A stretch of 64,000 nucleotides of DNA from Octopus bimaculoides. Taxonomy: Eukaryota. Both the position numbers and the translations under genes were made by a program. The notes under the pieces were generated by a model, which was given only the letters and a program-made list of their open reading frames with translations, made no database searches and was not told where the DNA came from. Location: contig NC_068987.1 of NCBI RefSeq assembly GCF_001194135.2, positions 62,178,770 through 62,242,769 on the forward strand, given 5' to 3'. Shown here piece by piece: positions 12,570 to 25,984 of this stretch (the stretch's first letter is position 1; every line of letters starts with the position of its first letter).

Positions 12570-12890
12570 GTGAGGGATGAGGTGGTGAAACTTGATCTTT
12601 GAATGTTGAGCTTCACGGAGGCGATGACAAATGGCCAAGACCATAGCAATATGCTGTGCTTGAGAAAACTTGTTAGGCCAAGTGAAGCTGTAGTTGTGGC
12701 CATTGCCAGTGGCATGTAAAAAGCACCCATTACTCTTGGAGTGGTTGGCATTAGGAAGGGCATCCAGCCATAGAAACCATGTCAAATCAGACTGGAACTT
12801 AGTGCAGCCCTCCGGCTTACCAGTTCCAGTCAAATTGTCTAACTTATGCCAGCATGGAAAGTGGACGTTAAATGATGATGATGATGATAT
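12570..12890 (+). mobile_element. RTE LINE 3' end with (GAT)n tail
   Basis: ORF-end remnant, then TTAGGAAGGGCATCCAGC, CATGGAAAGTGGACGTTAAATGATGATGAT. Other tails (approx.): + at 13640-13900, 19900-20300, 28120-28270, 37075-37215, 47960-48170, 63730-63840; - at 28930-29300, 31045-31480, 32620-32800. Confidence 0.85.
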
Positions 12891-12891
12891 A

Positions 12892-12970
<79 letters not shown>

Positions 12971-13086
12971 NNNNNNNNNNNNNNNNNNNNNNNNNNNNNN
13001 NNNNNNNNNNNNNNNNNNNNNNNNNNNNNNNNNNNNNNNNNNNNNNNNNNNNNNNNNNNNNNNNTTTTTTTTTTTTTTTTGTCTAG

Positions 13087-13195
13087 AGTGGCTCGTTTTA
13101 ACCAAGTAGAACACCTTACAATATATTTTCCTACTAATTTTGGTGCTGATTTAACAAGAATATATTATATTGGACTTCGAGGAGATTTCACTGTA
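13087..13195 (+). CDS. PITHD1: PITHD1 exon 5 (109 nt)
   Basis: Poly-T + gtctag acceptor; encodes VARFNQVEHLTIYFPTNFGADLTRIYYIGLRGDFTV; GTAAGT donor at 13196. Confidence 0.96.
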
Positions 13196-14998
13196 GTAAG
13201 TTCATAGCAATCATTGACTGCAGATCTTTTGCAGAACTTTTCTTTTTAATGTTAAAAGATAGCAGTGGAAATGGGTACAAATGATAGAGTACTCTAAGTT
13301 AATATCTTGTTTAATTTAATTTTATCTTTCTTGTACGAGTTAAAATTGTATCAGAAAGTCAAAATTTTGCCATGCATTTCTTTGATGATTAGTTAAATTA
13401 ATTGTTTCTCCTAAGGCATGAGGCCTGACATTTTGGTGGGAAGGACTAGTCAATCACATTGACCCCAGAGCTCAAGTGGTGCTTAATTTATCGACCCTGA
13501 AAAGATAAAAGGCGAAGTCAAACATGGTGCAGTTGAATGCCACTAAGCATTTTCTCTGACATACTAACAAATGTGCCAGCTCACCACTCTGGTCATTAAT
13601 ACTAAGTTATATGGAATGATTGATGTAAAATTTCCTTTTTCCACACATACAGGCTTGTCCTTTCAGGTGCCAGTGCTACCTACAAAATACCCGTACCAGT
13701 GCTGTGTAAATGCACCCCTGCTGGTGGCATGTAAAAAGCACCCAGCACACTCTGCTAAGTGGTTTGCATTAAGAAGGGCATCTAACTGTAGAAATCATGC
13801 CACAACAGACAACTGAAGTCTGGACAGTTTCCTGCTAGTCAGCTCCATGTCAAACCATCCAACCCATGTCTGTATTGAGTGCAAACATTAAATGGCGATG
13901 AATAAAGATCTTTGTTCTCTGTTCAAAGAAATTGCCACTAAAAGACAGTCAGATGGCAGAAAAAGTAAACCAATGATTTGAAATGTATTTTCTAATTTCA
14001 TTTTTCTATATTTCAAGTTCATGCTATACTGTGACTAACTTATTTTTTTTGCTCCTTATATGATTAATAAAGTAAGTGTGTAATAACAGTTATTTCATTT
14101 CATCAAACAATACCTTACTGCAAAAGCTGACTCTATATTTAATCGAAAGAAATCCTTATTAATGCTATGTAGATAATAGAAGTGGTAAGGTGCTTTATGT
14201 TTGTGTTTAGGTTCTGAGTGGAAATATTTCTAGGGTTGATAAAATATATACACCAGTATTTCAACTAGATGTCTCCCTTACAGCCATTGTGCTAGCATCA
14301 GAAGGTTTATCAATTCTGTTAATTCATCATCCTATAAAGATTATTATGATTTATTTCAAAGCAATAAATGGCATGTTTGTAGGTGAAGAGTTGTCAATTG
14401 TATTGACTTAGGTACAAGACTGGTAATTATAATATGGGGGTTCAATGATTCATTCTATGTTAAGCACAAGACCTGAAATTTTTGAGGGGGTGGATTAATT
14501 GATTACACCAACCCCTTGTGCTCCATTGGTACTTATTTTATCAATCCTGAAAGGATGAAAGCCAAAGTTGACCTTGGCAGAATTTAAACTTAGAACATAA
14601 AGCCAGAAGAAATGCTGCTAAGCATTTTAACCAGTGCACCAACAATTCTACCAGCACACCATCTTTATACAAGTTTTAACAATGGTTTCTAACATAAGGC
14701 ACAGGGCCATAAATTTTGTTGGGTGTGTGTGTGTGTAGTTAGTTATATTGATCCTCCTGCTACCACCTTCATTACTTGACTAACATGTATTTCATTAATC
14801 AGAAGAATGAAATTTGGCTCCAGCAGGATTTAAACTCAGGACGAGACTAAATATCACTAGGTATTTTGCTATGTAATATTATTTGTACTGGTATTAGTAA
14901 TTGTAGTTTTTATATATTTATTAATTTAGTACATAATGGAAATGGTTACATGTATATAATGTATCTTTGATAGTTATGTTAAAATTTACCAATTTCAG

Positions 14999-15100
14999 AT
15001 AAAACGCCATGGAGTCACTATATGTAATTATGAAGCACGAGCTAATCCAACTGATCACAAGACCAGTTCCTTAGAAATGATGGGTAAGATGGTTCAGTGA
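14999..15100 (+). CDS. PITHD1: PITHD1 exon 6, terminal coding part (102 nt)
   Basis: aatttcag acceptor; encodes IKRHGVTICNYEARANPTDHKTSSLEMMGKMVQ*; the TICNYEAxANPxDH motif is the conserved PITHD1 C-terminus. Confidence 0.95.
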   Translation: MKRHGVTICNYEARANPTDHKTSSLEMMGKMVQ

Positions 15101-15133
15101 AACATCTGATGAGTGGAAAAGAAAGACAACTTA

Positions 15134-15240
15134 AATAAAAACAACAAATGGACACAAAATACAATAAATAAATCAATAAACAAAATGCTAATTCAAGGAA
15201 AATGATTGGAAAATAAAATGTTTCTTCATATTTCAATAAA
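15134..15240 (+). terminator. Cluster of AATAAA polyadenylation signals, PITHD1 3' UTR
   Basis: AATAAA at 15134, 15163, 15175 and 15235, just downstream of the stop codon; which one is used is unknown. Confidence 0.5.
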
Positions 15241-15779
15241 GTTTTTGTTAAAGAAATATTGTGGAGGCTACTGAAGTCACATTTTTTTTTTTCAAATTGC
15301 TTGAAGATATTGCTTACTTCACTGGAAGCCATTTTTTCCCTTCCATTTATTTTCATACCCAGTATGTCCATTAAAATACTATAATATATATGTACACACA
15401 CACACACATATATACTCAGTATAAAATATAAGAGAAATTACCTATAACAGGTAACTTCTACACGTTAGAAGACAGTCAAAAACAACCGAAAACCACAAAG
15501 TAAAACATTTCAAAGGGAAGAAAAAATAAAACCTTTTACCTTATTTTTAACGGTTAGACCTATAGGTTTCGGATTTTGTGAGTAAATAAAGTAATTTACT
15601 AGGCAAATTCTCTTCAGTAAACTTCAGACTTTTTTACATGCTAGGCCACTGGTAGTAAAATTTTATATAGTTTTGCTACCCTTTATATTTACTCAAGTAT
15701 ATATATATATTAAGAAAATATATAGGGTAGGAAAATTAGAGAAATTTTTCTACCTGTGGCTAGCATGCATAAAATATCA

Positions 15780-16035
15780 ACAATTAAGGTTTCAAATGTA
15801 ATGGACATCTAGCAATTGGAGAAGGGACATGCAGTGTGTTCATATATTCCTTTTACAATTTTGAAATTTCAGAAAAAAATTTGTTATAGTGCAGTTGCAC
15901 TACTTGCAACCAGCATTTATTTTCCAGCAAGATGGTGCACCATTGGGGGTTGAATATTTGAGAGTTTCTTAAACTTTTTCAAACTCTTGGATTAGAAGAT
16001 GCAATCCAGTTTAAATAATTTCTGGACACCCTTTG
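15780..16035 (+). mobile_element. Tc1/mariner remnant
   Basis: Encodes FIFQQDGAP; ends in TTTCTGGACACCCT(T)TGTA, resembling the reverse complement of a TA-CAGGGTGTCC TIR. Confidence 0.55.
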
Positions 16036-16074
16036 TATATATGCATATCATTATTAAAATATATTTATTATTAT

Positions 16075-16078
16075 ATAA

Positions 16079-16159
<81 letters not shown>

Positions 16160-16175
16160 TATACACACACACACA
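16075..16175. repeat. Compound (TA)n/(CA)n microsatellite
   Basis: Directly visible. Similar compound arrays at about 12900-12970, 25915-25990, 53630-53720 and 63845-64000. Confidence 0.97.
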
Positions 16176-16992
16176 TACATCATTGCTATTATGCAGAAGT
16201 GTTGTAAGTCCAAAATGTTGCTTTGTCACCATTCCATAGCAAAAGCGTTGTATTACATTTTGACAATTTTTGATAGCTTCACATCTGAAGCAGCTGGAGA
16301 TACAATAGTTTAACCAAAAGAACTGGCTATTGCAAGCAAAGATAAATATTGAAAAAATGCATTGGCCAAATTTGGACATATGACAGTTTAACATAATAGC
16401 AACAATATATATATCATCATTTTATATGTGTGTTTATGTATTCTATATATAATATATATTTGTGTGCTGCTTTTTTTTTGTATTATCTGATACGTTTTTT
16501 TCAAATCTTATTTTGCTCAACTTTCCCTTCAGTTTTTTATACTGTATAATGTTTTGTAAGTATTTGGCAGATAATGTCTTTGAGCTGCTTGCTATTCTGA
16601 ACTAATCCACTAATCTCTCATTCTTGCTTCATTATGGCCTGGATCACAACAGTTCAAACCAATTAAAAACCTAGCAACACCAATGTTGCATTTTCTTGTT
16701 ATCTCTCCCATATATATCTTCAAGTCTTCACTTCTAATTAAAAGAATATGATTTTCTTATCTTTAACAAGGTAATAAAAAAATTCTATATTTATAGAATA
16801 ATTTTTTCATTGATATAGCTTAGTCAGCTTTATCATTTGATACATACCCTTGTTCTGCTACCTTTTCTGTTTTATATGTCATTAGCACAGGCATCCATAA
16901 ATTACCTTTACAATTTGAAAATTTCTGGAAAAAAAAAAAAGATAACTCAGCAGGCTACATGCAACTAATGGAGACCATGTTCTGATATTTCT

Positions 16993-17348
16993 ATGGCCTA
17001 GTGGTTAGGGCATCGGACTTGCAGTTTCGATTCCCAGACCGGGCGTTGTGAGTGTTTATTGAGCAAAAACACCTAAAGCTCCACGAGGCTCCGGCAGGGG
17101 ATGGTGGTGAACCCTGCTGTACTCTTTCACCACAGCTTTCTCTCACTCTTACTTCTTGTTTCTGTTGCACCAGTAATTCAAAGGGCCAGCCTTGTCACAC
17201 TTTGTGTCACGCTGAATCTCCCCAAGAACTACGTTTAGAGTACACGTGTCTGTGGAGTGCTCAGCCTCTTGCACGTTAATTTCATGAGCAGGCTGTTCCG
17301 TTGATCAGATCAACTGGAACCCTTGTCGTCGTAACCGACGGAGTGCCA
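16993..17348 (+). mobile_element. tRNA-derived SINE family C (OK-like), small deletion in the head
   Basis: GGCCTAGTGGTTAGGGC head; body homologous to 27632-28066. Confidence 0.85.
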
Positions 17349-17590
17349 CCCATTAAAAGTTTATTTGTTTGCCCGTGTTTTCCAATAAATTCTGAGTTTT
17401 CATTACTTTTTTTCCTGAATTTTTCAAATTGTAAAGGTGATTTAAATCAGTAAATTATTTTCAGTTCTTTGCATTTTCTTTCTGCTTTTTTACTGCTTCT
17501 GCAATTTCCATTCCCCCCTGAACTTACAAATTGCATCCCATCCACTTCTCCACTTACCATCTCCAGTGTCTCAACATTAAAACAACTTGC

Positions 17591-17825
17591 TTAAGCCTTT
17601 AACATTCAGATTACTCTGTCAAATACAATACTTATTTATTCATACTAATTGTTTTGAATTAATACTGCATTATCTCAAAGCTTTGAGATTTCAGTTATGT
17701 GATAGCTTATGTTTTTTAGAATGACATTGTAGGTTAGGTATGAGAGGCTGGATCTAGCCAGCTGGAATATAAAACAGGTAGAATATTTGGGCTTGATATA
17801 GCTAGTTTAAATGCTAAAGGGATAA
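17591..17825. mobile_element. piggyBac-type MITE (TTAA-CCCTT...AAGGG-TTAA family)
   Basis: Degenerate TIR ttaagcctttaacatt / aatgctaaagggataa. Other copies: 23199-23394, 36836-37065 (clean TTAA on both sides), 37468-37690, 60210-60350 (truncated). Confidence 0.7.
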
Positions 17826-18766
17826 TCATTTTGTTACCATTTTTCTGTTGAAATACTCTGCCTTTGTTTCCATTAATTTTTAAAATAATGAATTTATCAA
17901 AATAATTTTGTGATTATGTTGGTATTTTTGGAACATAAATAATCATGAAATTTTGATAGCAAGTTTTACTTTAGAGCACTTTAAAATATAGAATTTCTAT
18001 CATAGAACAAGAGGTGATTCCAGATAGGTTAGTATTAAAGAGGTGAATTCTTATCCAGAACAGTAACACTCTGGAGCAGATAATCTGTCCACAGCCAGCC
18101 ACCTACAAATGTTCAAAATGAATATCAACCATGTTTGTGTCACCAATTTGTGAAGGCCTGCAAGTATTGTAGACATTGCTTTCCCAATGTGCCACAGAGT
18201 GGGATTGGTCTCAGGTTCAGTCCCACTGGGTGGCACTTTGGGCAAGTGTCTTCTACCATAAACCCTGGGGTTGGTCAAAGCCTTTTAAGTAGATTTGGTA
18301 ACTGGAAACTGAAAGAAACCTGCCGAGTGTGTGTTTGTCTTCTTGGTTTCACATCACATGATCTTTGAAAATAAGAGTCCTCATCATACAGGTGGTGCTA
18401 TTCACTTCCAATCTTCTATGGAAATTTGTCTGGTTATGAGAAAATACCGTGTTTAAAATCAGGTGCAGTATAGTGACAGAAAGGGCAAATGGCTCTAGAA
18501 AATCTGCTTCAAAGAACTCCATCTGTTCCGTACAATCTTGGAAAATTGAATGTTAAAATGATGGTGATTAAAAAAATAACTAATTTTAAACACTATTGGA
18601 ATTTACTCACAAGGTATGGGAATCTTATATGCATACCATTCTGCCTAAATAATGGATCTACAAATGCAATATCCCTGCATATCTCACATCTATTTTCATT
18701 CCTCCACTTCACTCTCTATTTCATATCTTATCTAAATTAACTATTGCTTAACCATTTTCTCACACT

Positions 18767-18814
18767 GTCTTTGATGAAGGGATATAAAAAATATCCTGGA
18801 AACAGCTGTAAGAC
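18767..18814 (+). ncRNA. Degenerate minimal type-I hammerhead ribozyme (Penelope-like element type)
   Basis: Stem I GTCT/AGAC, core TTGATGA, stem II AGGGATAT-AAAAA-ATATCCTG, GAAA, palindromic stem III CAGCTG, GTA cleavage triplet. Confidence 0.6.
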
Positions 18815-19899
18815 CTATTTATAAATGTTCTAAAATCTTCACAGATTTGGATTTTTATCTCATTCTGAAAGAAAAAAAAATTTATATATACACATGCTGA
18901 TATATGACCTACATTGGACTCCTTATTCACATAATCACCGAACCTAGAACTTAACTATAGTCTGTCCATAGCATTTACTCAGCGTTACCTGACACCTTTG
19001 GGACTTATTGACACCATTACCTCTCTCTCTATATATATATATATATTTGTGTGTGTGTGTGTAGTGGATCATGCAGGCATAGTGTGAATTTGATCCTAGA
19101 TAGCCAAATTTAAATTAACAGTTCAACAGAACTTTTCTCATGGTAAAACAATAGTTTTTTTCTGTGACAGCAGTTTACATTTGCCAGATGCCTTAGCTAA
19201 GCAAAATAATATCTTCACCACTTAATCCTTCTAACCTCTTATAAGCCACCAAAAGCTAGAATTAAGATAACAAGTACTACCAACGAAATCCATTGTTCTC
19301 AACAATAAGTCTATCCTTCTGGATAGTTATAAAAAGAAGAACCCCCAAGCAAAAGTCAGTTAGTGAGAACCTGAGTTAGAGAGAGCGACCATCTGTTAGT
19401 GAACAGACCACTAGAATCATGGCCACAAGCAGGCAGCCACTAAAGACAAACAGCCAGAGGGGAAAAAAGAAAGTTACAATCAGCAACTATGCAAGACAAC
19501 TTCCCTCAACTCTCACTATCACTAGCTCAGCTCGCTTTCTTCTTAGAACTTTACTCCATCTCTATCTATAATTACTACTACACAATGACAAGAACACAAA
19601 CACAAACTATACAAGAAAAATCTACATCTATCTTTACTTCACATACTTTACAATTTTATCACCTGCCCATCAAGGCAAGGTATTTTTACAATGTAATGGT
19701 AAAATAAATATTTTCTTCACAATTTCAATCACTGTTCTTTCATCTTTACATAATGGCAATCAATGAAGAACCAATCCTTACAAACTGATTACAACTCTGA
19801 CGTTCCATACTATTGTTTACAAATTAATTTCAACCATTACAAAAATAAACTTCTACTGTTATAAATTGGTGACTCAACCATTACACTAATTAACTTCTA

Positions 19900-20300
19900 C
19901 CATTACACACACACATATCGGCAAGCGAAGTGAGATCGTTGCCAGTGCCCCTGGACTGGCTCTTGTGCGGGTGGCACATAAGATGTACCATCCTGAGCGT
20001 GACCGTTGCCAGTACCGCTTGACTGACCTTGTTGGGTTTTCGAGCGAGATCGTTGCCAGTGCTCCTGGACTGGCTCTTGTGCGGGTGGCACATAAAAGAC
20101 ACCATTTCGAGCGTGGCCGTTTTCGTGCGGGTGACACGTAAAAGCACCCACTACACTCTCTGAGTGGTTGGCGTTAAGAAGGGCATCCAGCTGTAGAAAC
20201 TCTGCCAAATTAGATTGGAGCCTGGTGTAGCCATCCGGTTGCACCAGTCCTCAGTCAAATCGTCCAACCCATGCTAGCATGGAAAGTGGACGTTAAACGA
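19900..20300 (+). mobile_element. RTE 3' UTR copy with internal tandem modules and (GAT)n tail
   Basis: About 50-bp direct repeat at 19932 and 20046; intact tail ending GATGATGATGAT at about 20300. Confidence 0.85.
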
Positions 20301-21288
20301 TGATGATGATGATGATGATGTATACCTATGTGTGTGCATCTTTGTGTCTGTGTTTGTCACACACCAGTTGACAACCGGTCTTGGTATGTTTACATTCCCA
20401 TAACTTAGAAGTTCAGCAAAACACACTGATAGAATAAGAAGCAGTCTTTAAAAAAAATAAGTTCTGGGGTTGATTGATTCAACTAAAATTCTTCAAGGCA
20501 TTGCCCCAGCATGGCTGCAGTTTAATGACTGAAACAAGTAACAGATAAGAGATAAAAGAATAAATCTGAAAGTAAACATACATGCATGCATACATTTATA
20601 TCTATTAAAGGTACTTGACTATGTAACGACAGACATGCATAAAAAGCTGGAAATGCTGGTGTTATAAAAAAAAAACAAAAAAAAACAGCAAACTGATTTG
20701 CATTATCTGAATTAAATCAACCAGATGTACAATGAAAATTTGTAAAACATTCCCGGGATTCTCCATTTGAGGTTCCTAGGCTGAACGTAGGCATTCAGTC
20801 ATCTACACATGAAATATGCAAGCACGCACACATATACATGTAAACAGCAACGAAGCACACACTTGTGTTCTCATATGATGTACACATCCTTTACAGCAGC
20901 GCAAGTTTATCACACCCGCACACATGCGCGTACACACGCACACACACACATACATACATACATACATGCATCAACATACCAACCAATTTAGATAATCACA
21001 AGCTCGAAGAGCTGTCTTGACTTTGTTAGGGACCGGATTGAATTCTACAAAATTAAAAAAAACCAACAGAACATTTTTACTTTTTGTGTGAGGAAGTTTA
21101 TAAATCGCAACAATTTGATAATCAACTAGGTTGTGATATTTTTCAAAGAAATAATAACATGTTTTTCTAAACAGTAAAATTGTATATATTTTTTTTTACT
21201 TAAAGAAATAAAGTTGAAATATATATATATTTCGTTAACGACAGAGAATACGAAACTAAACAATTATTATTTTCGTCAGAAGGTGAAC

Positions 21289-21307
21289 ATGGCGTGCACA
21301 CAGCGTG
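21289..21307 (+). CDS. MRPL22: Mitochondrial ribosomal protein L22 (uL22m), coding exon 1 (19 nt)
   Basis: AACATGGCG start context; encodes MACTQR + G; GTAGGT donor; in phase with the next exon. Confidence 0.8.
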
Positions 21308-23779
21308 GTAGGTTTGTTGTTGATAAAAATTACCTTTATTTAGCTTTTCTAATTATAGATTCTGCAACATTTTGATTCGAATGCATGTAATTTTCATTTC
21401 TTTGGGTGTATTGACAGTTATTCCTATTTTACATTTCGTTAATGTTTTGCATTGTCTAAAAGCCAGTGTGCGGGCAGTAAACGTGAATGAGAAATACTGT
21501 AAATTCTGTCTTTTTTTTATTCCACTCGAATTAAAATGATGCTTCAAGTTTAAGCCTCTTCCAGTAGTTATCAAATTTATTATTAAATTGATTGAAGATA
21601 GCAAGCTGACAGGATAATTACGGCATTGGAAGAAATACCTTAACGTCTTAGTTCCGATTGTTTACATTTTATGTTCAAGTCTCACGAAGGTCAACTTTAT
21701 CTTTCATTCTGCCGGGGTCGATGAAATAAAAATACCAGCCATCGACTTACCACCTCCACTCAAAATTGTTGGTTTGGGACCTAAATCAGAAGCCATTCTT
21801 TAATTGGTTCGTTGTCTTCGATTCCATAGTCTCCTTTGGTAGTCGGTCATTATTCATCAGTTGAATAATTGGTAAATTTTTACTATTACACCCGTCTCCC
21901 AAGTCTTATCGGCGGACTTTCGGTATTACTGCTATCACTGCCTTATGGAGGATGAAAAGGACAAAAAATATTTTTGTCTCCCAAAATTTTAATTTATTTC
22001 CCCCCTTTAAATTCTGTGACCTTTTCTGTTGCACATTGTTGAATTTTTTTTTCATTATGTTAATCTTGATTACACGCAAAACCCTCACAAAACACACTCA
22101 CACATACACACATTCTTTGTTTTGTCCTGTACTGTCCATAATGTTTTTCTTAATATAAGCCCTTTGTGGTTAAAAAATAAATCATCATTATTATTATCAC
22201 AAGTTCCACCGAGGTCGTCTTTACTTTCATCCTTTCGGTGTCGATAAAATAAGTACCAGTTGAGTACTGGTGTCGATGTAATCGACTTGCCCCTCCCCAC
22301 CAAATTTCAGCCCTTGTACCTATAGTAAAAAGTATTATTATTATTATTATTTGACACGCTTGTTTCCCTTTCGTCATGCATTTTGGGTCACCCCCAGTAC
22401 CCCATTTTCCGTTCACATTTTTTTTCTACAGCTAACATCTTGCAGCTTGTTCAGCAACCTCATCAATCTTATCAGTGTAGAAAAACGTGTGAAGGTCAGG
22501 GGTACAGGGAAAAATGATTGGACCAAATCCTTCCTCCCTAACTAACCCCATTAAAAAAAAGATCCCTGGCTGGACCAACCTTCAATCAGCTGTCTTTTAT
22601 TCTCAGACAAACTATATCCAGGACTAGATTCTAGCCTCCTTCTTTTTCAAAATGATAGGGTAGAATTTGAAGGATATTTGGTTGCCTTTTCTAGCAGGTT
22701 GAGTGACCATGTAGAGGCCCTTTCACTGACTTACCTTTATACTTGCTTAATGTGATTATTTTCTGAAGGTTTCAATCAATTTAGTGGCTTTCCCTTGACA
22801 TTTCCTACAAGATGAACAAACGTGGTTCACAAACAAGGTTATCATATTCAAGCTGTGATACCAGTTTTAATTAGACCAAGAAAACGTTTTTGACTACAGC
22901 CACTGTGCATTTATGGAATTTCAAGCCCATGCCTGTAATCTCAGCAAGATTTTTCTTTTCCCCAGCTGTTTCAAGGATATAGTCCATCATTTCATAACAA
23001 TATTTATAATTAGTAGAATCTAAATAAAAGCACTTAGATATTTCCACGTTTAATTGCCTGCTGTTAGGCCCATTTTCCAACTGTACAGTGTGCTCAGTTG
23101 AGGATCAGTAGTTCATTGTGTTGTGTTCATAGCAAAGATAACTTTCAACCACTTAATACTGTTTGCTGTAAAGAATGTAGGTGCTACATTTCACGACTTT
23201 AACCCTTTAGCATTTAAACCAGCCTGTTAATACTGGCCATATCCAGCTTCTCACACCTACTCTACATTGCCATTCCAAACATATATGGTCACATTATTGA
23301 AATTTTAAAGCTATGAGATGATACATGGTTAATCCTAAACAATGTATATATATAAGTATTACATTTGATAGAGCAATATGAATGCTAAAAGGTTCGTTAG
23401 TAGGAGCACTGTGTTATAGACAGGTATTTTATTAGATTGCAACATTGAGTTCAAATTCTCCTGTGAATATCTCTTGGAAAGAGATATATTTACTTTCTGC
23501 CAAACTGTCTTACTCTAAATATACTACTTCAAGACAATGTTTTCCATTGGTGACTCTATAATTATAGGGTTCATACTAATGGTGCTGACTGTTAAGTGAA
23601 GAAAACAAAATGTTATATAAAGTAAAAGAAAAGTTAATAAACTATTCTAATGAATATACTTTTTAAAAATTATTTTCATTTATCACTCGATTGTGTTTGT
23701 GTTTTGATGTTGATTTATAATATCTCTGACTTAGGTTCTTTGTAATTTTTTTCTTTTTACTTTTGTACATTTTTTACAG

Positions 23780-23816
23780 TGTTGTCTCGCTGTGGTCTTC
23801 GTACACTTTTTAGCAG
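23780..23816 (+). CDS. MRPL22: MRPL22 exon 2 (37 nt)
   Basis: tttttacag acceptor; encodes (V)LSRCGLRTLFS(R), Arg/Leu/Ser-rich like a transit peptide; GTAAGT donor. Confidence 0.85.
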
Positions 23817-25082
23817 GTAAGTATTTAATTTCTTCACAGATATTTTCTTTTTGTCACTAAATATATGTAGTTATATTATCATTCACAATTCTATTATTTC
23901 TGTTCTTTTAGGATACCTTTTTACATTAGCACATTTACACAAGGGTATTATATTGCCATTGTAAACAATATCATTTAAAAATTTTTGTGCGTAACAGGGT
24001 CCCAACGAACCATTCATTAGTTTATTTGAAGTTCTAATGGTACACTCTGATTTTGGAAACTTGTCTGCCAAGATGGTTCTGGTGGCAGTTTCTGAAAATT
24101 TGTTCCCTATTTGACAGCTGAGTACAGAACGTTCTTGTCCACTGTGTCTAACCTGGCAACATGTGTTGAGAGGCAGTGTACAAATAAGAATGTGCTAGTC
24201 ATCACAGAACAACATTGTTCATTATGCAGTTGTAGCATTGCTCTAAGTTCTAATAGGGTATAGACTGTATGCATTTTATAGAGCACTGTGGCTACTGCAA
24301 TATGTATGACATTGCAGAAATGGTGGATTGTCATACGAAATGCCTTAAAGCATCTAGATTCAGCCCATTATGTATCGAGATCAAATATAATCTAGGTTGA
24401 TTTGTGTCTTTCATTCGACGGTAGCACAAGAAAATAAATATCATTAATGTAGAGTTAGTGATTCAACTGACTACACACTTTCCCTATAAAAATGTTAACT
24501 GTATGTTTAGAAAAGACAGCAGTGAATGTTGTAGAGTAAACCCACTTTGAGCTAGTTAAAGGCAATTGCATTTCACTAACTTTCACTAAAGCCAATTGCA
24601 TTTCACTCTTGAGAAAGACATCAGTATTATACAATAATATCCTGGATACCTAACATTATGCTGTTAGTTGTAGAATCAAGCTATCTATGATGTGATTTTA
24701 CAAATTTGTTCCATTTCTTGGTTCATCTGTTTACTCTCTTACTCTCTCTTATATTTCTAATATCTTTGAGAAACATATCAATGCATGTTCCCAGTTTTTT
24801 GCTCTATGAATCTTATGCTTAATACTTATGTTAAAGGAAACTGTAATTTATTAGCTGTACCACCTCTGGTGTTTAGAATATTTGGTTATCTACAGAATTA
24901 TTGGATTTGACAAAAATTGGGGAAATAAGTCAAAATATTTTCCACTGTTAAATAAAATTCAATGTACTATGTTGGATATTTTTTCTGGTATTATTGCTTG
25001 CAATTTCAGTCTCATCCAAGATTTACAATATCTGAATATTTTATCTTGTTCGATGAAACTAAATTAGTCTTTCATTTTTCAG

Positions 25083-25254
25083 ACTTAGTTTGGAAAAGCA
25101 AATCTGTGTGCCAACAGCAAATGCTGCATTGAAAATATTGCCTGTACAAACCCAGTCTTTACATACCACATCAGTAAACCATGGATTCAAGTGGGATAAT
25201 TACAACACTATTGTTTATCCACCAACAAAACCTGGAGAGGAAGAACGGCCTGCT
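25083..25254 (+). CDS. MRPL22: MRPL22 exon 3 (172 nt)
   Basis: Encodes LSLEKQ...SLHTTSVNHGFKWDNYNTIVYPPTKPGEEERPA, matching the uL22m motif KWxxxNxIVYPPxxPGExxRPA; canonical splice sites. Confidence 0.95.
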
Positions 25255-25912
25255 GTAAGTTAAAATTTTAATTGAACTCAGTTTTATAGAAGTTCTAATT
25301 CGGATCTTGTGCATATTGTTATGATGTGGAATGTTTTCCGTTTGCAGTAAAAATATTTATTATGATAGTAAGTCATTTGCAAATGGTTTAAGATTCAAAT
25401 GGATGATTTCCTGAAAAACTTTTGGCATTAACAGCTCTTGTCTCTTTCTCTCTCTATATATATGTAACCCCATTGTGTATATATATATATATTAATAATA
25501 GCATAGGGTAAAATTTATTAATAATTTTACCAAGTAGTCAGTATGTTAAAAAAAAAAACCTTTTTAGGTAAATAGTACAAAATATTCTATTATTATTTGC
25601 ACTTAGCTGACCCCTGATTATAATTATGTATATAATTATAGAATATTTTATATATATATATATATATATGTATGGGTGTATATACACATATATGTGTATG
25701 TGTTTGTGTCTTCTCTTGACATGGCAATGTTGTTGTAAATGAGCATCATACAATCTTTATTTCCAATCTTCTGTGGAAACATGTCTGGCTATGGAGAAAA
25801 ATGTTGGGGTTGGTAATAGGAAGGGCATCTCTTTGTCAAAAAAATCTGCCACACCGAATTGCTAAACTCACTGTGATAGTATGGAAAAGTGGATGTTAAA
25901 GTGTCGAGAAAA

Positions 25913-25984
<72 letters not shown>

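Noticed and set aside
12839-16394. ORFs with YIYIYI, THTHTH or LLLL runs here and elsewhere
   Set aside because: Translations of microsatellites or N gaps.
16993-17045. tRNA-like heads here and at 28066, 5003, 7022 and 2865
   Set aside because: They continue into SINE bodies and lack a complete cloverleaf and acceptor stem; not tRNA genes.
19900-20130. Repeat-spacer-like pattern suggesting a CRISPR array
   Set aside because: Eukaryotic context, units are diverged modules of an RTE 3' UTR, and no cas genes.
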